In this document: piece after piece, positions 48,924 to 60,838 of the stretch
Layout: each line of letters opens with the position of its first letter
How positions within the stretch are numbered: position 1 is the first letter of the stretch
DNA from: Marsupella aquatica
Lineage: Eukaryota; Plantae; Marchantiophyta
Length of the DNA: 64,000 nt
Direction: 5' to 3'
NCBI GenBank assembly: GCA_973895155.1
Contig: OZ316897.1
Location: forward strand, 15,685,375-15,749,374
The notes under the pieces: generated by a model
Seen by the model: the letters and a program-made list of their open reading frames with translations, nothing else
What the model was told of the DNA's origin: nothing
Database searches by the model: none
Position numbers and translations under genes: made by a program

Positions 48924-51900
48924 CTTGTGAGCTTGAGATCTAGAAAGCCTTGAGCTCTGATACCATGAATAAAATTTTCTCATGTATATTAGTCCCCTAA
49001 TGATGGGTCATTAAGTACAGGTCTGGGACAAGAGAGTCCTGCAGAATATGAGTCGATAAGGAAAGCATGACTGGACAGGAGAGTTGGAGCGAGACTAGAC
49101 AGAGTGGACAAGAGCTGCATGCAGCGTGCCTAATATAACCAGGCAGCCCACCTTAAACAAAGGGAGCCTGGTTGTCCTAATTAATCCCGGTCAGCGAGAT
49201 TTACGTATGCTAAATTCCAACAGAAGTGCCTTTTGCCAACCAGGACTCAGGGAATGTAGGGTCGGGATGTCTGTCCAAGAAAGCTTTGGAGTAATCAAGT
49301 TCAGGGTGATGTCATTGGGGATGCCTGGTAAAAGTTCTTCCTTGAGATCGTTATAACTCACCGGTGGCACCACGGTCAACCATTCTACTGAGACAAACTT
49401 TCCACTGCGCAGCTCCATGTTCCTGCAAGCAGTCAATCGTCTGTAATCGGTGCAATATACATTGCTCGAATCGTCTGTAATCGGTGCAAATTATACATTG
49501 CTTGAAGCCTAAGTTTTGTTTATGAATGAATCAAATGTCCAGAGCGGGATTGACGTTGCTCCTCTGGTACTCAATCCAAACATGTTCATGCTTGAACTCA
49601 TTTTGAAACCCTCTATGAGTCCCCTGCAAACCAGGGTCCTCTGGTTGAGTTCAGGTGTGTACCAATTGTCGTTGTCCTCAGGAACTTTGATGCTTTAAAC
49701 AAAAGGGGAAGCCCACACTCCTGAAGGGTCAACTTGGAACCTACAGTAGGGGGCAACACAAAGTCAAGATCCAGATAATGGAAAATGATCCAAGAGAAAG
49801 AGTCTAAGATATGGAAATCCTGGGCCCTCACTCCTTGTAAATTGTTTTATTGGGTTACTGGTGAAACTTTTAAAACTAAATTCCAAATAAAAATACTAGT
49901 CCTTGATCAAGCGCTAGCTTCCACATATATTAATTAAGAGTAGGAGCCCAGGGTAACTATGGAATGTATCAAAACTAAAAACTGCCTTTTTCTGGTAGCA
50001 ATAATTAAGATACTGTCATAGTTGGACTCATTTTGAAACATGATTTGATCCCCATTACTCAGTGGTCCTAATGAGCCAAATGGATGACCAAAACAACTTT
50101 CAAACTTGGGGGATAAATTTTGCTCCTACAAGGGTCTTTTATCACTACATTAGCTTGTTTGCAGGACAAAAGAATTTTAAAATAATCATTAAATTCCTGA
50201 AATGCTAACTAGGTTAAATAGTTGCCCGGCTAGCTGTAGATCCTTATATTAAAAAAAACCATCTATGCTGGCTAGGTTCATTGTAGACCCCTACTAACTT
50301 AACTGACAAAGGAATTATTTGCATCAACCATGTACGTGTGCAATACAACTTGGGCCCTCAGGTCCCGCCCCCAGGTATACTACTCTTCTTTCATTTTAGA
50401 CTCAAAGCAAAATTGTCACATCCCTGGGTATAGTAGGAAATAAATTTTATCTCACCTTATGCAGGACTTTACCTAGTTCAATGCAGGTGTTCTTATTTGA
50501 AAAACTTGGCATGAGTTTGCCCCGGACTGTCATCAGAGTCCCTGTTGAAGCTGAACTGTAAATGGTACTACTGCTCGGACGTAAATTTTTTTTTGGTATT
50601 CAGGAATTGGCTTTCCTGAAGTCTACACTAAGTGCTTATGAACCTTATGAACAGGTCACACTTAATTTGCTTAGTCTACGCAAAGTGTCGTTTCCCACGC
50701 AAATGAATTAACCTTGGTTAGTTTTCGAGTATAATGTTTCCTTTATTTTCTACTAGATAGATGCCCAATTGATCTGTCAGATGCAGTTCCTGCCTATAAT
50801 TGTGGAGAAAGTCTTAGATTCCACGAAATCCTAGTTGTACATGAGCATATGAAGGAATCCTAGCTGTAGATGAGCATATGAAGGCATTGAACGACATTCA
50901 AAGTTGTCATAAGCAGACGCATCCCTCCTAACTTACAAGTTAGATAATGAAGAGGTCTATAAAAAACAGTGCTACCTAAGAATTTTCTGAACTGAATATG
51001 AAGAATCACAAGGTGTTCGATAGCAATGCAGTGTAATCGATTAGAAAACTCTGAACAAAAATGTTTTCCAACTAATTGAGTGAGTCCTTTGAGCAGTTTC
51101 TAGAGTATTCAAATTTCCCTTACAGTCTTGGGTGTCAAGTAGCCGCGTAATGAGAGGCTGTTGATGTGCTTTGATTGAGAACTGTGTAACAGGGTTAATC
51201 TGTTGTCCTCTCTTGCTCATATTTCTTTTAATTTATTTGTATAGTGTTTAGTTGATTGATTGAAGATTAATGAATGGGTGCCATTGTTTGAAAAGCTTTA
51301 GTTCTATGCGGGGAAAATGAAAAGCTTCCTGAAACCGTATGGCCATGAAAGTACGAATTGCACCAGTCCGTTGGTGATTCTTCTTGATAGTTGCCGACCT
51401 ATGGAGGAAACCTTGATGTTCAATTGGCTAGGCTAACCTTTCGTTCATACCACGAGCCACAATATGCAATCGCTGACAATCATTATGGAGTGTACATGTC
51501 AATTGGTCAACGAAGCTACGATTCCGCCAGTGTCTATTTATCGGTGGACACTGCCAATCATTACGGTACTACTCCAAACTGGCTTGTTCTCATTCAGTAA
51601 GAGGACGAAATCACAGTCATTGAGGAGGCCTGCCCCCCGGCCCCCCCGGCATGCCCTTAGTACGTCTACTTGACCTGTGTACTGAAGACATGTGACCTTC
51701 TAGATAATGCCTAGCTCCGAATCATTGCATCCATGCACAGATAGCAATGGGAAGGGCCTAAGCCATTCTGTGATCATGAGGACCAGGACGTCCTGAACGT
51801 GCAGTGGAGAACGGCTGCCAAATGTGCATCCATAATGCATTTTATGTACATCTTGTCTGAGTTGCCTCAGTCGGACACAATACTAACTTGAATGACTGGT

Positions 51901-52988
51901 CTAGTCCCGTGATTTCCACTCGTACATCGATGTTTACACAACACACATGTTTGACCACGGAGTTTGGCCAAAGGTTAATTTTGTTTACGCTGCGGACCGG
52001 TCACAAGCTCGGCGTTTCGTCGCAAGTGTCTATCTGTCCAGGATGCATTAAGGACTAGTGAGAGTAGGACCAATGAAGATTGATTTGTAAATAAATGACC
52101 CACATGAAATACCCACAAAACCTATTTTCTGTAGCAGGTTCCAGGCTAGGTCGTAGATTAATGCTGGCACCCAGCCTGACTATGAAGGGTTCATGAATTT
52201 CTATGCCGTGACTGTTATTTAATTTCTTATAACCTGAGCATTGAATAAAAACGTGAATGTTCACCATTAAGAGTGACCACTATCCATCTCAGAGCTGGCA
52301 ACTAAATTAGCAATTTGAGAGAGTTTAGTTGAGCACAAGTTTTTGACTGTTGTCTAGTAATGCCCAATACTCAAGGTTTAGAGGTACCAATGGACAAGCG
52401 AAATGCGCTGACGAAGACAACATAGTTACATGTCTGAACATGGTAGCTTCAATACAGCAGCTACAACAGACGATCGCGTGCACTGTAGTATTTCATCGCA
52501 GCTGTTATCAGACTCTAATCCAGTGCTGCGATTTTTTACTATGGCTCTTGGATGATCTGTCGAGCTAACGATGGAGTATGTATTGTACTTATTGTACGAA
52601 TTGACAAGCTTCAAATCGTATTTATTTCCAGTCACATTCGGAATAAGCGCTCGGTTGTGAAAGCAATTCAACCGACGGAGTGAGAATCGCGCTCTCAGCT
52701 CGGCTGTACATGAAAGCAGGTCAACAAGATTCTAGGCTCTAGCTCCAGCGTGTCTGATCGAACATGATCTTTCCAATCAATTCCAAAGAGCAAGCGCGTT
52801 CTCGTGTCTCCTGATCGCCACGAGGCTGTGTATATATATACACACATATGAGCCCCAGCCTGAACAGCCAAGTGCCTTTTCGAAGTGTATTGCCCGTAAT
52901 TCAAACTCTTTTCTGTTTTGTGAGAAGTCGGTGACTGTGATCAGCCGGTTCAGCTGGATTCAAATTCTCTTTAGTGCTTATTGAGATC

Positions 52989-55016
52989 ATGGATTTCAAT
53001 ACACCAAGTGTAAAGTTCGGTGTCCTTCTTCCGGTTACCTCCAGAGGTCTCCGAGGCAAAGATGACTGCATTCTTAATCTCAGGAACTTTTCAAAGAGCC
53101 TCAAAGAAACAACGGAAGGAGACACATGTCCATGCGATGTCTGCGAGGTCCGTAATGTCGGATACGAGCTGAAAGTTTATATTGGTGTTGATGAGAGTGA
53201 CAAGTTCCTGTCAAGCAGCAAGATAGTTGAGCAGGTCCTTATAGAGCATGGAATTGAAAATATGGAGACGATGGTGTTCTTCTACCCTCCTGGCTCTATG
53301 TGTGCAATATGGCGGGACCTTGCCAGGAGAGCGCATACAGATCAGTGTCACTACACAGTCCTTCTGGGTGACGACATTGTTCTCAAGACTCCAGGTTGGA
53401 TGTCCAGCTTCGACAGAGCGTTCTGCGAGTTGGAATCTAAGAGAGGAGTCCCTCGAGGGTTTGGCTGTATTGCTTTCTCCGATGGCTACTTTCCTGGATT
53501 CCCGACCTTTCCTGTCATGGGGCGAATTCATTTGGAGATATTCGATGGAGAAATCCTTCCGAAGGAGTTTCATAACCAAGATGGCGATCCATATCTGTTT
53601 CAACTATATCGGAGATGGGGCTGTTCCGTAATGCTGAAAGACGTCGTTTTAGAAAACACAATGGGTGGAAGCAAACAGCCCCGCTATCGAAAGAAACATC
53701 GTCATGATTGGACATTTTCTGCCCTTGACGATGGTGTTGCGAAGGTTAGACGGTGGCTGACGCAACACCAGAGTACTCTATCACAAGATTTTCCTCTTGA
53801 AATTCTCACTTTGGACGTTGTAGTCCCCACTTTCCGAATCCCACTCCTGGGTATCGAGAACATCATCAACCTGGAGCGGTCTGAAACTTGCTCGACCATG
53901 ATCATACTCATAGTCGACGACCCACTCTCTCTAGACATTCCGGAGCTGAAGAAGCGATACGAACACGATGCCTTCATTCGCATCCGGGTGAACGTTACCA
54001 ACACAGGTGCAAGTGAAGCTCGTAATCGCGGGTTAGCAGAATCAGCTGCGGACTACGTCCTATTCCTCGACGACGACGTCGTTCCTGATCCTCGTATTCT
54101 TCTGGAAGCAGAAAAAATGATTCGGCGATATCCTAAGGCCTGTGGGTTTGTTGGCCAGACCGAATTCCCAGATCCCACAAACAGCGTAGTCTCGAGTGCA
54201 GTAGTGATGTCAGGTGTGACATTCTTCTGGGGTGTGACTAAGTACTTGAGCAAAGATATACCCTGGGGAGTCACTGCAAATCTCCTGATTCGACGCAACA
54301 ATGATGAGATTTGGTTCGATCCCAGATTCCCCAAGACGGGTGGAGGAGAAGACATCGATTTCTGTCTACGGAAGCGGGAGGCTCATGTGAAGCTGGTAGA
54401 TTGTGGAGAGGGCTTCCGTGCGGCGCCAAACATGATTGTCACTCATCCTTGGTGGAACCATGGAAGACGCTCGTTCAATCACTTCCGGGGCTGGGGAATT
54501 GGCGATGGTGCTCTTATAAAGATGTACCCTCAACTTACTTACTGGGATAAAGCCCCAAATAGTGCCGAGACACTACTCCTTACGGTATTTCTGTTCACAG
54601 TTACAGCTACTGTGAACATAGTTACACCTTTTGCCAATACGTGGGGGAGTTCCCATCGGATTGTGCACCTCTTACTCTTGGCCATACCCGAGGTCGTCAT
54701 GGCCAACGTGCTGTATGACATCCACCGCCATGTCTTCAGCACAGACAGGCATCACTATCTTCCGGAATTGAGAGGCTTTGGCCGAATTCTGGCTGCAGGA
54801 GAGTCAGCAGTGGTGAGAATGTTCAGTGAGTGGGGGAGACTGGAGGGGATGATTCGACGAGGAGAGTGGAGTTGCATTGGTTGGAGATTCGATTGGTTCG
54901 CTGGGCGGTTCGGGGAAGCACCCCCAAACACAGAACGCAAGCACACTTATAGCCGGTTCCTGCTTTGGTTGCAGTTTCTCTTCATCACAGTCGTTTGCAG
55001 CTCGATCTGCTCCTAA
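52989..55016 (+). CDS. Two-domain GT-A/GT2 glycosyltransferase with C-terminal TM helices, intronless (675 aa)
   Basis: Domain 1: VLLPVTSRG..YIGVD..VLLGDDIVL..FPTFP..NQDGDPYLF. Domain 2: LDVVVPTFR..LIVDD..NTGASEARNRG..VLFLDDDV..GGEDIDFC. Hydrophobic segments at the C-terminus. Confidence 0.88.
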   Translation: MDFNTPSVKFGVLLPVTSRGLRGKDDCILNLRNFSKSLKETTEGDTCPCDVCEVRNVGYELKVYIGVDESDKFLSSSKIVEQVLIEHGIENMETMVFFYPPGSMCAIWRDLARRAHTDQCHYTVLLGDDIVLKTPGWMSSFDRAFCELESKRGVPRGFGCIAFSDGYFPGFPTFPVMGRIHLEIFDGEILPKEFHNQDGDPYLFQLYRRWGCSVMLKDVVLENTMGGSKQPRYRKKHRHDWTFSALDDGVAKVRRWLTQHQSTLSQDFPLEILTLDVVVPTFRIPLLGIENIINLERSETCSTMIILIVDDPLSLDIPELKKRYEHDAFIRIRVNVTNTGASEARNRGLAESAADYVLFLDDDVVPDPRILLEAEKMIRRYPKACGFVGQTEFPDPTNSVVSSAVVMSGVTFFWGVTKYLSKDIPWGVTANLLIRRNNDEIWFDPRFPKTGGGEDIDFCLRKREAHVKLVDCGEGFRAAPNMIVTHPWWNHGRRSFNHFRGWGIGDGALIKMYPQLTYWDKAPNSAETLLLTVFLFTVTATVNIVTPFANTWGSSHRIVHLLLLAIPEVVMANVLYDIHRHVFSTDRHHYLPELRGFGRILAAGESAVVRMFSEWGRLEGMIRRGEWSCIGWRFDWFAGRFGEAPPNTERKHTYSRFLLWLQFLFITVVCSSICS

Positions 55017-55759
55017 AAGAAAGCCAGCGACAGAATCCCCGATGTTCACAGTGGTAGAACTAACAAACAAGCACACTCAAAGTTGTGATTTTGTATTTTG
55101 ATCTCCGTACTATTCTGGAAGGATCGGAGTTGTTTAGCGAAATATTGACTACTGCAAGTAATTAAAGGAAGAAAAATAAAATAAAATAATGTATGCGTAC
55201 CAAGTGGAAACAAGTTTGAGTCCTCACGATGGGCCTAATGGCTAGTGAAATGGGTACGATTAAATTGCTGGATTTAATTGCTGTAGAATCGAACGAGTGA
55301 TTGAGGTTTGAGCTTCGATGTCAAAATCTTGGGTTCTTGTTGTATGCCATTTCTAAGAAGCAGCCAGCTCCTGGCAAGCTGCCCCAAATGTCTGTTGTTT
55401 AGCATCATTCTAAGAATGAAGTAACTCCACCGAAGGACTGGCCGGGGAGTCTGCTACTGTTGGAAGTTCATGCATTGTACGTTGAAAGTCAAATTATGGA
55501 GTAGATTATCCAGACTTTCAACACCCGAGTACAAAAGCTAGTCTTTAGTGCACTTGACTTGACTATAATTGTCCTTAGCTGGATCTAGGTATATATGGAA
55601 TACAGTTATTTCTGCTGTTTTGCTCCAGTTTCCTTATGCTAGATCAAAAAGCTTCACACAGTAGAATCCACTAGACTCGTGACCTCCAAAACTAAGAATC
55701 ATTTTTACGTACTTATCTCGGACTTATCCCGAACTGATTGATATGTTCGTCAGGGTTTC

Positions 55760-56196
55760 ATACAAATAGATGACTCAGCTGCTGACTTTTTGTCAGGCAC
55801 TTGTTTGTTCACTTCTCTGGTCTAAGCTAGCCGGGCACCAAGGCAAGAAATTCAATCCTCTGGTTCTGAAACTTGCATCCATCACTTATTTCAATTCATG
55901 ATAATCTTGACAGTTCCTTTGAGTGTAAGATTTTCCTGTGAGCTTGTGGCCCGGGAGCTTCATTTTGAGAGTTGACAAAACATTTAATTTCACAAAAATG
56001 AGAGTGAAACTTTCTTACCTGACTAGGCACAACTTAATTCACCATCAGCATTTTGGCACCAAGCTCCCCCCTCGTGAAAATGGAGCCAGTTGTTTGCACC
56101 CTCACCAGCGCCTCTATCAAGGAAGTATGCAGGGGGTGATCCATCCAGGCAAACTGCACCACTCTCCAAAGCCCTCGTCACAATGCTGATGTTCAC
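55760..56196 (-). pseudogene. Remnant of a PAE paralog (152-bp CDS fragment plus 3'-flank homology)
   Basis: 56196-56045 is the reverse complement of about 29223-29373 ([33 protein letters not shown]). 55930-55760 resembles about 30790-31100. Confidence 0.85.
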
Positions 56197-57483
56197 TACG
56201 GATAACTAGTAAAGGCCACACATTTCATTGCGCCCTGCACTTGAAGACCCACAGAGTCGACGATCGTTTGCTTCGATTCTGATCGTGTCAAGTTCGATCA
56301 AAAACCGGTAAACACGAATTCAATCTACGTCCGGCTGTGAATAGAGGCATGATGTTGACATGTGGAGAACGATTTTCCTCACACTAGAGGAGACGCGGTG
56401 CAGACTTCCTACATAAGAGACCCGTGGCGAGAGCGACTGAATTGAGAAAGGTTGAGGGTTCCACCAGCCATTCTGGACTTTCTTATTCAACACACCAACT
56501 AGGAGCCTTTATAATAGGTAACCTTAAAGTATAAAATTTATTTTTCTCCCTTTATATGTTAAATTATAAACGTAAAAAGGGACAAATACAAATGGAGCTG
56601 ACAAGGAAACGGACTGAGATGAAAGTCTCACTATTAGGCACAAGTTTCGCACAACTAAAGTAACCACCAAACGTCCAAGTCAGGAATCTTGTCCGCTTTT
56701 AATGCATTCCAAGAATGTGACTATACCAGACCGAACCAGATGATTCCCCTCCAAAGTACGCAATCGTAGTACACATATGTCACCCAAGAAATAGTCCGGA
56801 AACAACATAAAGCATTGTGCAGCAGACTGAGTTTCTAAAAATCAAGCTGTCAACTGCAGTAAAGATTCGCACATTGCAGCCTAGCTCATCTCTAAGAATG
56901 ATACGCAGAACGTTGGTCCTAATTATTGCCAAAGAATAGCTAGCCCACTAAAACAATTCACACTGTCTTTATTCCTTCTATTTGACTTGATTCTTTTATT
57001 TTTTCACGACCACGGGCAATTCTTGACGGAAGGTCATCGACATAATTGTGAGCAGATGAAAAAGAAACTTGTAAAACGAAATCTGAGAGAAGAAAAGAAG
57101 AACCAACTCTAGAGTCAAAGGAAGAGTGCTCAAGACAAATGTTCTTGAGCAAGTCCATCCAAGACTTGCCAATCCAACTGCGCTTCGATTAGATGAACTC
57201 CCATCATCAGATGGAATTCAAATGACAGTAACAAAACTGAAGGAAATACTAAAACCTCCTGTATGGCCCCATGTTATGCACAAGGGAAACAATAGCTGTC
57301 TTAATATCTCCTAACACCCGACTCATATCCATCAGCGTCTCTAAGCCCTTCATGCACAATCTTGCCCCAATTCCGAAGCTTAGTAGACCACACAATGCCA
57401 TTGGAATCTTGCTACAACAAGCTCAACGTCCACAAGTATTCATCGTTTAGAAACAAGGATGTCTCTTCCTGGTCCACCATAGT

Positions 57484-57530
57484 AGCAATAGGAGCTCCTG
57501 GGCAATAGGAGCTCCTGGGCAATAGGAGCT
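57484..57530. repeat. 17-bp tandem repeat, about 2.7 copies
   Basis: GCAATAGGAGCTCCTGG repeated. Confidence 0.8.
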
Positions 57531-59494
57531 GCTGCATGAGGAAGAGCTAGTCCTTGAAAGGTTCCTAACGATGTCACTTCCTATTGCACATCTTGCCCCC
57601 ATAGTACCAATATATCGGAGCTGTTGGGCAAACTAGTTGCTGCGTGAGGAAGAGCGAGTCCTTGAATCTTTTGCCGACATACTACCTAAAGGAGCTGCTA
57701 CGTGAGGAACATGTAAATCTTCAGTCCATTCAATGCAGATTTTCATTTCACTTTTAGGTGCACTCAATTTCTTTATCCTAACGGAAATATAGGTAAACAG
57801 TTTAATGAATTCAAACATCTAGCTGGGCCTATGGTTTGTGAAGGTCCTTTCCAGCCTCTTACTGGACAGCACCCTCAACCAAATTCCACCTGCACGCCAC
57901 CACTAGAAACCCCCTCAACTGAGCCTGCTAGTTGGGGCATTTTTATGCAAAAAACTGTACTTGTAGTGAGTACATTAGAGCTAAGGAAAATTAAAAAGTC
58001 AATCATTCTATTTACACCTACTTTTCTTTGATTCTATTAATTTTGTGTACACAATTATGAGGTTAAGCTTGTAAAAAATCAGTGTATTGTAATCAATCTT
58101 GGAGTATTCCAAGAATATTTCAACTTAGCAGGACTAAAAACATATAAATATTTATTTGCATTTTAGGGAGGAGGTCTATATAAGGCCTAAATGGTGGCAA
58201 GTGATTGGGGATCTCTATACAATGGACCACCATGATATGATAGATCATTCTGGGAAATATCTTAAAAATTAATTTAATTAAGGTCTTACCATAAATGTAA
58301 CTTACACTTTCTTGGGGGCTCTTTGAAGTGTATTCTGATGAACAGTAAGTTTAGTGATGTCTCACAATCTGTCAGATTCTATCTGGATGTCAGTAGATTA
58401 CGTCCTATTGAACTTTCACTTCTGAATTGGGGGTGGATGCTTTTGCAGGAACTAGAGGTTTCACAAAAAAATTGTTGATGGATAAGGGCTAGTTAGAAAA
58501 AACAAAATTAAATAGGGTAAGTTACATATGCCTGGAAAGTAGCAATCATGTTGGTAGCTTACTCTTGCCTGTACTTGACAAGCACGTACTGTGGAGCTTT
58601 CAATGGCTTGCTTGAAGACATTTGTTGGCTCCACTGGACAGATATTGTCCTGTGTCAAGCCCTCAATATTACTGCTCCTCCCGGGTTGCATTGAATTGAT
58701 CAATCTGAAAGATTAGATTGGTGAATCAATTCCCTATTGATAATTATGTTAATCATCCCAAAAAAACGTCAAGACTAGTCACGGTGATTTGGTACTAAGT
58801 AGTACTTCTCATTAATTCAATCCAATTACCCACTTCAGTTGAGTTTTCTCTCATGCATGCTTGCCCAATGGAGAGAATATGATCGAGTACTAGTTCGGGT
58901 GTTAGGCAAATTGAAACTGGCCTCCCCCATATTACAACACCCTAAGCCATGCAAGGAGAGGGTCATCAGGGTCTGGCTTTCGTCAGGAGTACATCGTTGT
59001 TATTAGCCAATATATATACATGAAAGTCATCAGGGTCTGGCTTTCGTCAGTAGTCCGTTGCATGTTGTTATTAGCGATGCCGACTTCTTGACAGCACAGG
59101 AATCCCGATAGGAAGTAGTATGTGATGCAGTGAATGTCATCAGTCATTGGCTAATCCCCGTATGTATAGTCATTAGTCACTCTTTGTTCCAACTCTCACA
59201 CTTCACTGCTGCACACCGTATATAAGAGGTTAGGTTGAACATATATGGCAGTCATTCTTCTTTGGCCTGCCAGCGAACTTGAAAGCTATTCATCTTTCGC
59301 CTCGGCCCCCCTCCTTGCAGATGCCAGTGCACGGATCGCTCATGCCTCAGTGGCGGTTCATCCCTACTTACAGTGTCGAGCTTTTTTCACTTGTTTGATA
59401 TCGGTTGGGCCTTCCTGATCGACTCAAACGGCAACAACTCAGACAAGGTTTTTAATTTGCAATCTTGGCCTTCTCAAGCCGGCGTCTCTACTCC

Positions 59495-59780
59495 GGTAAT
59501 ATATCTAGATGACCTTACGATGTGATTTCAGTTAGGGCGTTTCTCATCATGTCAGTTTCAATATCTTTGTCGATCAGTTTAGACGTCCTTCATTCCTGAC
59601 TGTGGTGATATATCTGATCTCCGGAGTTAATTTTGCGCGTTTCGAGTCATATCAATTTGAACACATTTATCAGTTTTGCCCTTCATTACTGCGGTAATAT
59701 ATCTGACCTTAGGAGGTGATTTTAGGGTGTTTCTAATCGATCATGTCAATTTCAACCTCTTAATTTGTCAGTTTTACCGA
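59495..59780. repeat. Three degenerate ~90-110 bp tandem units
   Basis: ATATATCT..GA.CT..G..G.T.ATTT..G.GTTTC..TCAT.TCA.TTT.A..TCAGTTT at about 59497, 59606 and 59695. Confidence 0.6.
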
Positions 59781-60838
59781 TCATGTATTTATTCCCCATC
59801 TACCCAATGTTCATGCTTGTTCATCGCATTCGAAACTCGTTTGCCCATAGGAATTCAAAATCCGGTCTTCAGGTTTGGTGTTTGTTTCCTCAAACTATTT
59901 TTAATACAACTTTTGTTCCTTTATGTTTGCTTGTCCGGACCCGGCTAGCTATTCTTTGCCAATAATTAGTACAAACGTTCTTCGTATATTCTTAGAGATG
60001 AGCTCGGTTGCAATGTGCGAATCGTTACAGTAGTTGACAATATAATTTTTAGAAATTTTGTGTTGTTTTAGACTATTTCTTGGGTGACGTACATGTACTA
60101 CGATTGCGTACTTTGGAGATGATTTTTCTGGTTTGGTGCGGTTTCGTCACATTCTTGGAATGCATCAAGACCTGAGAAGATTCCTGCCTTTGGACTTTTG
60201 GTGGTTACTTTAGTTGTGCGAAACTTGTGCTTAATAGTGAGAGCCTTTCGATGAGCTAAGTCCGTTTCCTTGAGCTCCAATTATATTTTACGTGTGTATA
60301 AATTCACATCTAAAGGGAGAAAATTAAATGCTCAACTTTTAGGCTATCTATATATTATAATGGCTCCTAGTCGGTGTGTTGAATGAGAAAGTCCAGAATT
60401 GCTAGCTTGTGGATCGAATTCTCAACCTTTCTCGATTCAGTCGCTCTCGCCGTCTTTAATGTAGGAAGTCTGCACCCGCGTCTCCTTTAGTGTCAGTAAA
60501 ATCGTTCTCCATATGGCAACTACATGCCTCTATTCACAGCCGGGCAGTAGGTCGAATTCGTGACTACCCATCTTTGAACTTGACATGATCAGAATTGAAG
60601 AAAACGATCGTCGACTCTGTGCGTCTTCAAGTCCAGGGCTGAATGAAATGTGTGGCCTTTACCAGTTCCTGCGAGCCATTACTCTCGCAGGAAGTAGTGA
60701 ACTTGAGTGCTTCTACTAGGAGTCGGCCGAACACTTCTAATTAAGCAATTAACTTCTTGGAACTGGAACAACTCACAAAGACTTTCTCGACCGGGATGAA
60801 TTTTAACCTATTACAGATGGTTGACTGTTTGCAGCAAT

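Larger units (their letters stand above)
43424..49222 (-). mobile_element. Full-length Ty1/copia LTR retrotransposon (Copia-B; short LTR and short leader, Ale-like architecture)
   Basis: 257-bp LTRs 43424-43680 and 48966-49222 (10 differences counted by eye). TSD GAAGT. PBS TGGTATCAGAGC at 48965-48954. PPT GAGAGGGGG at 43689-43681. Confidence 0.96.
42669..49418 (-). pseudogene. F-box/kelch pseudogene interrupted by Copia-B (and by Copia-A further 3')
   Basis: 49418-49223 encodes MELRSGKFV..EELLPGIPNDITLNLITPKLSW. 43423-42669 continues (LDLAGHRKWKQCANMTESRQDF..KIYVCGG). Inverted paralog of 60839-61900; homology resumes across Copia-A at about 31833-31821. Confidence 0.85.
56191..60702. repeat. 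~320-bp inverted repeat pair (56191-56520 vs 60350-60702)
   Basis: For example, AAAGGCCACACATTTCATT..CAGAGTCGACGATCGTTT..CAGACTTCCTACAT..TTCAACACACC.ACTAGGAGCC matches its reverse complement upstream of the F-box/kelch ORF. Confidence 0.88.

Noticed and set aside
28989-55016. PAE + GT2 as a cell-wall biosynthetic gene cluster
   Set aside because: Only two enzymes about 23 kb apart, separated by TEs, with no evidence of co-regulation.
852-55101. Numerous antisense or alternative-frame ORFs overlapping ACS, HSP70, PPR, PAE, GT2 and pol
   Set aside because: Shadow ORFs of real coding regions. Only 43843-44328 lies outside another CDS and has a recognisable domain.
56191-60702. Pack-MULE interpretation of the 320-bp inverted repeats
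   Set aside because: No 8-11 bp TSD at the outer ends, and the captured PAE fragment lies outside the repeats.
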